Origin: Myxococcota bacterium
Lineage (GTDB): Bacteria > Myxococcota_A > UBA9160 > PR03
Direction of reading: 5' to 3'
Length of the DNA: 64,000 nucleotides
Assembly (NCBI GenBank): GCA_041611735.1
Contig: JBFIML010000003.1
Location: 64,001-128,000, forward strand
The translations under genes were made by a program, and so were the position numbers. Positions 8,601 through 16,704 of this stretch are shown here, in pieces. A model generated the notes under the pieces. The model worked only from the letters and a program-made list of their open reading frames with translations. It had not been told where the DNA came from and did no database searches. The first letter of the stretch is position 1; each line of letters begins with the position of its first letter.

Positions 8601-11294
8601 ATGACGGGCAGCCGCCGCGTCGCCAGGCGACGCGGAGCGAAGCCGCGCGCCAGCACCACCTCCGCCACGCGCGCTTCGCCTGCGACCAGGCAACGCGCGG
8701 CCTCCCATCGCCTCGCTCCTCACGTCCTTCCGCACGAGTACCACGTCCACGTGGAGGTGGATCCCGGCAGAGGCTCCACCTTCCGGGGTGAGGTGGACGT
8801 GCGGCTCCGCCTGGGCCGGTCCTGCCGCAGGGTCGAGCTACACGCCGCCGATCTGAGGGTGGCTCGCGCGCGCTTCCAGACGGCGGGGAGCGTCCGGCGC
8901 GGCCGCATCGAGGAGCGACCGGAGCGCGAGACGATCTGCGTCCACTTCGACCCGCCGCTCCCGGCTGGTGAGGGCACCTTGCGCCTCGCCTTCTCCGGAC
9001 GGCTGAGGCACGACCTGCGCGGCCTCTACGGCGCCTCGGCGGAAGGGCGTCGCTACGCCTTCACGCAGCTGGAGGCAGCCGACGCACGGCGCTTCTTCCC
9101 GTGCTTCGACGAGCCAGCCATGAAGGCCCGCTTCCGCCTGGCCGTGACCACGGGAGCCGGCAACCAGGTGATCTCCAACGCACCGATCGCCCGGACGGAG
9201 CGTCGCGACGACGGCCGCCGCACCGTGCACTTCGAGGCCACTCCTCCGCTGTCCACCTACCTGGTGGCGCTGGCCGTGGGCGCGCTCGAGGCCACGGAGC
9301 CCACGGCGCTGGGCCCGACCCCGATCCGCGTGTGGCATCCGCCGGGCAAGGGCCACCTCACCGGCTTCGCGCTGGAGGCGGCGCGCGAGTGCCTGCAACG
9401 GCTCGAGGAGTACTTCGACCTCGCCTATCCCTACGCGAAGCTCGACCTGGTGGCCGTGCCGGACTTCGAGGCAGGGGCCATGGAGAATGCCGGCGCGGTC
9501 TTCTTCCGTGAGACGCTGCTCCTGGTGGATCCCGCCACCGTGACCCTGACCGAGAGGAAGCGAGTGGCCGAGGTGATCTGCCACGAACTCGCCCACATGT
9601 GGTACGGCGACCTGGTCACCATGGCCTGGTGGGACGACCTGTGGCTGAACGAGGCCTTCGCCACCTGGATGGCCTTCCACGTGGTGGACCGCTGGCAGCC
9701 CGGCTGGAAGATGTGGCACGACTTCCAGCACCACCGCGCCGCGGCGCTGCGGCTCGATGGGCTGCGACACACCCATCCGATCCACAGCGAGGTGCGAAGC
9801 CCTGCCGAGGCCACCCAGAACTTCGATCTGATCACCTACGAGAAGGGAGCCTCCGTGGTGCGCATGATCGAGCGCTACCTGGGCCCGGAGACCTTCCGCA
9901 GCGGCGTGCGCACCTACATCCGTCGGCATCGGGAAGGGAACGCCACGGGCTCGGATCTGTGGCGTGCGCTCTCGGAGGCGGCCGCTGAGCCGGTGGAGCC
10001 GATCGTGCGCGGCTGGATCGAGCAGGCGGGGCTGCCGCTGGTGGCGCTTCGCCGTCGCGGCCGCGACGGGGCGCTTCGCGTCGAGCTGCGGCAGGAGCGC
10101 TTCCGGGCGGATGCGCGCCCGGGTGCGAGTCGGCAGGGGGGCCCCGCGCGGTCGCCACGCTGGCCGATCCCCTGGGTGGGGCAGATCGGCGACGCCCGGG
10201 GAGGGACGCGCGTCGCGCGGCACCTCCTGCGTCGTGCCCGCGAAACGGTGGAGCTCGGAGCGGAGCCGATCGCCTTCCTCTACGGCAACGCCGACGAGGG
10301 CGGCTTCTTCCGCCCGCTCCACGACGCCTCCGAGCTGGAGTGCCTGGGTCGGCATCGCCAGCGCCTCACCGCCGTGGAGCGCATGGGGCTGGTGGACCAC
10401 CAGTGGACCCTGGCCCGCGCGGGACGCGCCCCGCTGCAGGGCTTCCTCGAGCTGGTGGAGCACCTGGCCGACGAGCCGGATCCGGACGTGCTGCTGGCCC
10501 TGCGTGGCCCCTTGGGCTTCCTGGAGGACCGCCTCGCCGGGGCCGCGGGTGCCGGGGCCCCCGACCGCCTGCGGGCCTGGCTCGTGCGCCTGTACCGGGG
10601 TCCGCTGGCGGCCCTCGGCTGGGACCCGGCCGAGGACGAGCCGAACGACCCGCGGCTGCGACGGGCCGCGCTGCTCGGGATCCTCGGGGAGGTGGCCGCG
10701 TGGCCCCCGGTCCTGGAGCAGGCGGCGCAGCGCTTCCGGGCCTTCCTGGCCGACCGTCGCTCCCTGGACCCGAACCTGGCCGACGTGGTGGTGACCCTGG
10801 CCGCCCGAACCGGCGACGCGGCGCGCTTCGCCGCGCTGCTCGACGCCCTGGGGGATGCGGCGACGCCCCAGGAGCGACGCCGGTTCCTCCTCGCCCTCGG
10901 GGATTTCCGCCCTCCCGAGCAGGTGGACCGCGCCCTCGCGCTGACCCTCTCCCGGCGGGTCCCGACCCAGGACGTGGCCTTCCTGCTGGCGCGCCTGCTG
11001 CGGAACCCGGCCGGGCGCGAGCGCAGCTGGGGCTTCGTGAAGCGGCGCTGGTCGACCCTGCGTCGGCGCATGCCGCCCATGCTCGTGACCCGTCTGGTGG
11101 AGGCCACCCCCGCGCTCGGGGCGCCGCGCTGGCGTCGCGACGTGGCCGCCTTCTTCCGGACGCACCCGCTCCCCACCGGAACGCGCGCCCTGCGCCAGGC
11201 GCTGGAGCGCTTCGATCTGGACAACGCCTTCGTGCGCAGGGAAGCCGCCGGCCTGGGCCGCTGGCTCGCGGCCCGGGAGCCCCACGTCCAGTAG
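8601..11294 (+). CDS. M1-family zinc aminopeptidase with ERAP1-like C-terminal domain
   Basis: GAMEN motif, HELAH followed by LWLNE zinc motif, YEKGA; ATG at 8601 after AGGGGG. Confidence 0.95.
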   Translation: MTGSRRVARRRGAKPRASTTSATRASPATRQRAASHRLAPHVLPHEYHVHVEVDPGRGSTFRGEVDVRLRLGRSCRRVELHAADLRVARARFQTAGSVRRGRIEERPERETICVHFDPPLPAGEGTLRLAFSGRLRHDLRGLYGASAEGRRYAFTQLEAADARRFFPCFDEPAMKARFRLAVTTGAGNQVISNAPIARTERRDDGRRTVHFEATPPLSTYLVALAVGALEATEPTALGPTPIRVWHPPGKGHLTGFALEAARECLQRLEEYFDLAYPYAKLDLVAVPDFEAGAMENAGAVFFRETLLLVDPATVTLTERKRVAEVICHELAHMWYGDLVTMAWWDDLWLNEAFATWMAFHVVDRWQPGWKMWHDFQHHRAAALRLDGLRHTHPIHSEVRSPAEATQNFDLITYEKGASVVRMIERYLGPETFRSGVRTYIRRHREGNATGSDLWRALSEAAAEPVEPIVRGWIEQAGLPLVALRRRGRDGALRVELRQERFRADARPGASRQGGPARSPRWPIPWVGQIGDARGGTRVARHLLRRARETVELGAEPIAFLYGNADEGGFFRPLHDASELECLGRHRQRLTAVERMGLVDHQWTLARAGRAPLQGFLELVEHLADEPDPDVLLALRGPLGFLEDRLAGAAGAGAPDRLRAWLVRLYRGPLAALGWDPAEDEPNDPRLRRAALLGILGEVAAWPPVLEQAAQRFRAFLADRRSLDPNLADVVVTLAARTGDAARFAALLDALGDAATPQERRRFLLALGDFRPPEQVDRALALTLSRRVPTQDVAFLLARLLRNPAGRERSWGFVKRRWSTLRRRMPPMLVTRLVEATPALGAPRWRRDVAAFFRTHPLPTGTRALRQALERFDLDNAFVRREAAGLGRWLAAREPHVQ

Positions 11295-11325
11295 AATCCC
11301 GGCTGCGCGCCCCAGGGAGGAGCCG

Positions 11326-12348
11326 ATGCGTCAGATCTGGATTCCGCGCGCGGGCCCGCCCGAGGTGCTCGAGGTGCGCGAGGCGCCGGACCCGCTGCCG
11401 AAGCCCGGGGAGGTGCGCATCCGGGTGCAGGCCTCCGGCGTCAACTTCGCCGACATCATGGGCCGGCTCGGGCTCTACCCCGATCTCCCCGCCATGCCGG
11501 TGGTGGTGGGCTACGAGGTGGCCGGCCGGGTGGATTCGGTGGGCGATCGCGTGGAGAGTGACTGGGTGGGGCGCGACGTGATCGCCCTCACGCGCTTCGG
11601 CGGCTATGCCGACGTGGTGTGCGTTCCCGAGATGCAGGCCCATGCGCGGCCCGACAACCTGAGCGTCGAGCAGGGTGCGGCGCTCCCGGTCAACTACCTG
11701 ACCGCGTACCAGCTGATCGAGGTGATGGGCGCCCTGCATGCGAACGAGACGATGCTCGTGCACTCCGCGGGGGGTGGGGTCGGGATCGCCGCCATCCAGC
11801 TGGCGCGCCGCATCGGAGCGCGCGTGATCGGAACCGCTTCGCTGGGCAAGCACGAGTACCTCAAGTCGCTGGGCGTGGACGCTTGCATCGACTACACCAG
11901 CGAGGACTTCGAGGAGCGGGTCCGCGAGCTCACCCAGGGCCGCGGCGTGGAGCTGGCGCTGGACGCCGTGGGCGGGAAGTCCTTCAAGAAGAGCTATCGC
12001 GCGCTGGCGCCGACCGGTCGCCTCGGCATGTTCGGCATGTCCGCGGCGGCCACCGGCAAGGAGAAGAGCTGGACGAGCTTCCTGAAGGCCGCCGCCCAGA
12101 CGCCCTGGTTCCAGTTCACCCCGCTCGCCCTCATGAACGCGAACAAGGCGGTCTTCGGCGTGAATCTCGGCCATCTCTGGGAAGAGGCGGACCGGGTGAA
12201 CCGCTGGATGGAGACCCTCCTGGGCTACGCGCGCGATGGCGCCGTCCAGCCGGTGGTGGCCGCCACCTTTCCCTTCGACCGCGCCCCCGAGGCGCACCAC
12301 TACATCCAGGACCGCAAGAACGTGGGCAAGGTGCTGCTGGTGCCCTGA
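11326..12348 (+). CDS. VAT-1-like NADPH:quinone oxidoreductase (MDR superfamily)
   Basis: GVNFADIMGRLGLYP, LPVNYLTAY, HSAGGGVG, RKNVGKVLL; GGAGGA RBS. Confidence 0.9.
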   Translation: MRQIWIPRAGPPEVLEVREAPDPLPKPGEVRIRVQASGVNFADIMGRLGLYPDLPAMPVVVGYEVAGRVDSVGDRVESDWVGRDVIALTRFGGYADVVCVPEMQAHARPDNLSVEQGAALPVNYLTAYQLIEVMGALHANETMLVHSAGGGVGIAAIQLARRIGARVIGTASLGKHEYLKSLGVDACIDYTSEDFEERVRELTQGRGVELALDAVGGKSFKKSYRALAPTGRLGMFGMSAAATGKEKSWTSFLKAAAQTPWFQFTPLALMNANKAVFGVNLGHLWEEADRVNRWMETLLGYARDGAVQPVVAATFPFDRAPEAHHYIQDRKNVGKVLLVP

Positions 12349-12352
12349 CGTG

Positions 12353-13423
12353 ATGGAGCTGCCGCCCGCCATCCGCGGCCGAGGAGCCGCCTCCGATCCG
12401 CCCAACCGCTTCGAGCAGCTCTGCTACGAGCCCGAGCCCCCCGAGGCCATCGATCCCGGCGCGGAGCCGGTCTCGCCGCGGACCCAGTTCCTGCGCGATC
12501 CGGCGCGCCGCGTGATTGCGCGCAACGAGAGCCCGGACGTGGGCTTCGACGCCAGCTTGAACCCGTATCGGGGCTGCGAGCACGGCTGCATCTACTGCTA
12601 CGCCCGACCGACCCACGAATACCTGGGCTTCTCGGCCGGGCTGGACTTCGAGACGAAGATCCTGGTGAAGGAGGATGCGCCGGAGCTCCTGGCGCGCGAG
12701 CTGTCGGCGCCGGGCTGGACGCCCCAGGTGCTGGCGCTCTCCGGAGTGACCGATCCCTACCAGCCCATCGAGCGGCGTCTGCGGCTGACGCGCCGCTGCC
12801 TCGAGGTGCTCGAGGCGTACCGCAACCCCGTCTTGGTCATCACCAAGAACCGCCTGGTGGCGCGCGACGCGGACCTGCTGGCGGAGCTGGCCCGACACGA
12901 CGCCGTGGCCGTCTTCCTGTCGGTCACGACCCTCGACCCGGAGCTGCACCGGGTGATGGAGCCGCGCACGGCGAGTCCTGCCCTGCGGCTCGCGGCGGTC
13001 CAGACCCTGGCCCGGGCCGGCGTGCCCACCGGGGTCCTGCTGGGCCCGCTGATCCCGGGACTGACGGACCACGAGATCCCGAAGATCCTCGCGGCGGGCG
13101 CCGCCGCCGGGGCACGCTTTGCGCGCCGCACGCTGCTGCGCCTGCCCCACGCGGTGGCACCGCTCTTCGTGGACTGGCTCGAGCGGCACTTCCCGGAGCG
13201 CAAGAACAAGGTGCTGAACCGCATCCGGGAGCTGCGCGGGGGGCGGCTGAACGACCCCCGCTTCGGGCACCGCATGCACGGCCAGGGCGTCCATGCCGAG
13301 CAGATCCGCCGCCTCTTCGACCTGGCCTGCCGCCGTCACGGCCTCGCCCAGGCGGCGCCCCCGCTCTCGACCCAGGGCTTCCGCCGGCCCGGGGAGCGCC
13401 GCCAGCTCGCCCTGTTCGGCTGA
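12353..13423 (+). CDS. Radical SAM protein, PA0069/Rv2578c (SPL-related) family
   Basis: RGRGA..DPPNRFE, SLNPYRGCEHGCIYCYARPTHEYLG (CxxxCxxC), GVTDPYQP, C-terminal QLALF. Confidence 0.92.
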   Translation: MELPPAIRGRGAASDPPNRFEQLCYEPEPPEAIDPGAEPVSPRTQFLRDPARRVIARNESPDVGFDASLNPYRGCEHGCIYCYARPTHEYLGFSAGLDFETKILVKEDAPELLARELSAPGWTPQVLALSGVTDPYQPIERRLRLTRRCLEVLEAYRNPVLVITKNRLVARDADLLAELARHDAVAVFLSVTTLDPELHRVMEPRTASPALRLAAVQTLARAGVPTGVLLGPLIPGLTDHEIPKILAAGAAAGARFARRTLLRLPHAVAPLFVDWLERHFPERKNKVLNRIRELRGGRLNDPRFGHRMHGQGVHAEQIRRLFDLACRRHGLAQAAPPLSTQGFRRPGERRQLALFG

Positions 13424-13433
13424 GGCGCGGCCG

Positions 13434-15173
13434 GTGCGGAGCCTCGACGACCTCGCCCGCGTCCTGGGCCGCATCGAGCGGCGCGGCTACCGGGCCTACC
13501 GGGAGATCCGCGGCGCCTGGTCCACGGGGGACCTGGAGCTCCACGTGGACCACGTGCAGGGCGACCCGTTCGCCGCCCCTTCCCGCCTGCGGCTGCGCCT
13601 GGGACAGAGCGCGGCCCGGCTCCCCGAAGACCTGTGGCGCAGCCGCGTGCGGCGCACCGCACTCCAGGACTTCCTGGCCCGGGCGTTCCGCGACGCCATC
13701 CGCCGCGCCGGCACGGGCCGGCGCGGCAGCGGCAAGAGCGGCCTGCTTCACGTGGATGCGGGGGGTCAGGAGGTGCTGGAGCGGACGGCGGTCCGGGTGA
13801 CCTCCGCGTGGGTGGAAACCCGGCTCTCGGTGGGGCTGCCAGCCACCGGACGCAGCGTCCTCGGCAGCGAGGCCCAGGAGATCCTGTGCCGGGAGCTCCC
13901 GCGCCTGGCCGAGCAGGCGCTCTGTTGGGAGCGCGTCGCCCAGGACGAGGCGCGACGCCTGGTCGCCTGCGTGGAGAACCAGGAGCACGTGCGCGAACGC
14001 CTCGACGCCCTGGGTCTCGTGGCCTTCCTGGCGGACGGGGCGGTGCTGCCGCGGGAGAGCGGAGCGAGCGACCGCCCGTTGCGACGGGACGCGGTTCCCT
14101 TGCGGGCGCCGGAAGCCCTGCGCGTCGAGATCGAGGTCCCCAACCCCGTGGACGGCAGGAGCGTCCTGCGCGGCCTCGGCATTCCGAAGGGCGTGACGCT
14201 CGTGGTGGGCGGCGGCTATCACGGGAAGTCGACCCTGCTGCGGGCCCTCGAGCGCGGGGTCTACGCCCACATTCCGGGCGACGGACGCGAAGGCGTGATC
14301 ACCGTGCGCGACGCGGTCAAGATCCGCGCCGAGGACGGGCGCCGCGTGGAGCAGGTCGACATCCATCCGTTCGTCGCCGACTTGCCCGGCGGCCGCACGA
14401 CCGACGCCTTCTGCAGCGAAGACGCCAGCGGCAGCACGAGCCAGGCCGCCAACATCGTGGAAGCCCTGGAGGTGGGAGCGCGGCTGCTGCTCCTCGACGA
14501 GGACACGTCGGCCACCAACTTCATGGTGCGCGACGCCCGCATGCAGGCGCTGGTGACCGCCGACCGGGAGCCGATCACCCCCTTCGTGGACCGCGTGCGG
14601 GAGCTCTACGAGCGGCTGGGAGTCTCGACCATCCTCGTGATGGGTGGCTGCGGCGACTACTTCGACGTGGCCGACCTGGTGATCCGCATGGACGCCTACG
14701 TGCCGGAGGATGCCACGCGAGCGGCCCAGCGGGCGGCGGCGGAGCATCCCACCGCGCGTCGGACCGAAGCGAGCGGGCCCTTGCGGCCGGCGACCGAGCG
14801 CATTCCGCTGCCGGAGCGCTTCGACCCCTCGCGCGGACGCCACCCGGTGAAGATCGAAGCAAAGGGGCGCGACCTCGTCCTGTTCGGCCGCGAGGCGATC
14901 GACCTGCGCGCCGTGGAGCAGCTGGTGGACCCGAGCCAGACCCGGGCCGTCGGCTATGCCATCCAGCTGGCCCGCAGCCGTTGGATGGATCGCAAGCGGA
15001 CCCTGCGCGAGGTGCTGGAGGCCCTGGAGGCGGCCCTCGACGCCGAGGGACTGGACATCCTGGACCCCCTGCGTCGCGGCGAGGGCCACCCGGGCGACCT
15101 GGCCCGTCCGCGCCGCTACGAGATCGCCGCCGCCATCAACCGCCTGCGAACGGGGACGTTCTTGACCCCTTGA
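13434..15173 (+). CDS. ABC-class ATPase of unknown function (ABC_ATPase family)
   Basis: DHVQGDPFAAPSR, Walker A GGGYHGKSTLL, HIPGDGRE, ASGSTSQAA, LLLDEDTSATNFM. Confidence 0.9.
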   Translation: MRSLDDLARVLGRIERRGYRAYREIRGAWSTGDLELHVDHVQGDPFAAPSRLRLRLGQSAARLPEDLWRSRVRRTALQDFLARAFRDAIRRAGTGRRGSGKSGLLHVDAGGQEVLERTAVRVTSAWVETRLSVGLPATGRSVLGSEAQEILCRELPRLAEQALCWERVAQDEARRLVACVENQEHVRERLDALGLVAFLADGAVLPRESGASDRPLRRDAVPLRAPEALRVEIEVPNPVDGRSVLRGLGIPKGVTLVVGGGYHGKSTLLRALERGVYAHIPGDGREGVITVRDAVKIRAEDGRRVEQVDIHPFVADLPGGRTTDAFCSEDASGSTSQAANIVEALEVGARLLLLDEDTSATNFMVRDARMQALVTADREPITPFVDRVRELYERLGVSTILVMGGCGDYFDVADLVIRMDAYVPEDATRAAQRAAAEHPTARRTEASGPLRPATERIPLPERFDPSRGRHPVKIEAKGRDLVLFGREAIDLRAVEQLVDPSQTRAVGYAIQLARSRWMDRKRTLREVLEALEAALDAEGLDILDPLRRGEGHPGDLARPRRYEIAAAINRLRTGTFLTP

Positions 15174-15341
15174 CTTCTTCGGGCTCCGCCGCCGCACGCA
15201 GGCGGCTCCCCTCCGCATGGGCGGCCCGGATCGGCTCGGGGAGCCGGTATCGCGGCGCCAGGCGCAGCACCAGACGTCGCGCGGTGACGAGGCTCACCCC
15301 CCGCTCCTATACTGGGGCCTCCGCACCGAGGAGGGCAGTGC

Positions 15342-15821
15342 ATGATCCGCGGCACCCACCATGCGGCCATCTCCTCCGCCGACCTGGAGCAATCCCTGGC
15401 CTGCTACCGCGACCTGCTCGGCTTCGAGCCGGCGCTCGACTGGAGCTGGCCGGCAGGAACCGCCGACCTGAACCGCACCCACCAGCTCGCGGAGGCCGCC
15501 GGGCGCGTCGTGCTAATGCGCGCAGGCAACGCCATGCTGGAGCTCTTCGAGTACGCGACCCCGACGCCGCGCCCCGCGGACCCGACGCGTCGCCTGTGCG
15601 ACCACGGAATCACGCATCTGTGCCTCGACGTGGACGACCTGGACGCCGAGTACGCGCGCCTGCGGGCGGCCGGCGTGCGCTTCCACTGCCCGCCGGTGGA
15701 CTACGGCACGGTCAAGTGCACCTATGGGCGCGATCCGGACGGCAACGTGATCGAGCTGCAGGAGGTCAAGAGTCCCGACGACCCACTGGCGCTGGCCGTG
15801 CCCGGAAGGCACGCGGACTGA
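15342..15821 (+). CDS. VOC/glyoxalase family protein
   Basis: HHAAIS, MLELFEY, THLCLDV, RDPDGNVIELQE metal-ligand pattern; TATACT and GAGGAGG upstream. Confidence 0.9.
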   Translation: MIRGTHHAAISSADLEQSLACYRDLLGFEPALDWSWPAGTADLNRTHQLAEAAGRVVLMRAGNAMLELFEYATPTPRPADPTRRLCDHGITHLCLDVDDLDAEYARLRAAGVRFHCPPVDYGTVKCTYGRDPDGNVIELQEVKSPDDPLALAVPGRHAD

Positions 15822-15824
15822 GGC

Positions 15825-16691
15825 GTGCCCCTGGGGCCCCGAGACCTGGTGCTGTGCGCGGGAACGCTCGCGCGGGTCTCGCTCCCGGACCGCGTCCAGG
15901 CCGCGTCCGCCGCCGGCTTCGCCGGGATCTCGGCGTTCGTGACCGACCTGGAGCAGGCCCGCGCCGAGGGCTGGAGCGCCACGGACCTGCGCGCGCTCCT
16001 GGCGGATCGGGGCCTCGCCGTGGCGGAGCTGGACCCCCTGCTGCGCTGGATCCCCGGCACGCAGCCGGCGGGCCTCGACGCCTGGGGCGCCGTCCTCTAC
16101 CGCCAGGGCCTCGACGACGCCCTGCGGGCAGCGGATGCCCTGGCCGCCCGCTCGCTGAACCTCGTCTGCGTGGCGGATCCGCCGCCGCCGCCCGACCGGG
16201 TCGCCGAGGCCTTCGCCCACGTGTGCGACCGGGCAGCGGGCCACGGGCTCCTGGTTCACCTGGAGTTCCTGCCCTGGACGACGATCCCCGACGCCCGCAC
16301 GGCCTGTGCCATCGTGGAGCGCGCCGGCCGTTCCAACGGCGGAATCCTGCTGGATGCCTGGCATCACTTCCGGAGCGGACTCGACGACGCGGCTTTGCGC
16401 GCCCTGCCCGGCGCGCGCGTCCTGGCCGTGCAGCTCTCCGACGCGCCGCGCCGGGCCGAGGCGGACCTCGTGGAGGAGACGCTGCACCGCCGGCTCCTCC
16501 CGGGCGCGGGGGAGGCGGACCTGACCGGGCTGTTGCGAATCCTCGACGCCATCGGGTCGCCGGCGCCGCTCGGCGTGGAGGTCTTCTCGGATGCCCTCGC
16601 GGCCGAGCCCCCGGCAGCCGTGGCGGTGCGGGCTGCCGGGAGCCTGCGGGAGCTCCTGGCGCGGACCCGCAACGGCGCCGCGGGGCGATGA
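15825..16691 (+). CDS. Sugar phosphate isomerase/epimerase (xylose isomerase-like TIM barrel)
   Basis: LEFLPW, LLDAWH, VQLSDA, RLLPGAG, GVEVFS. Confidence 0.88.
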   Translation: MPLGPRDLVLCAGTLARVSLPDRVQAASAAGFAGISAFVTDLEQARAEGWSATDLRALLADRGLAVAELDPLLRWIPGTQPAGLDAWGAVLYRQGLDDALRAADALAARSLNLVCVADPPPPPDRVAEAFAHVCDRAAGHGLLVHLEFLPWTTIPDARTACAIVERAGRSNGGILLDAWHHFRSGLDDAALRALPGARVLAVQLSDAPRRAEADLVEETLHRRLLPGAGEADLTGLLRILDAIGSPAPLGVEVFSDALAAEPPAAVAVRAAGSLRELLARTRNGAAGR

Positions 16692-16704
16692 GCGCGGGCG
16701 CGGC

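Noticed and set aside
15203-15246. 9-bp inverted repeat CGGCTCCCC / GGGGAGCCG after the ATPase gene
   Set aside because: No U-tract, and GC-rich stems of this length arise easily by chance here; not called a terminator or riboswitch
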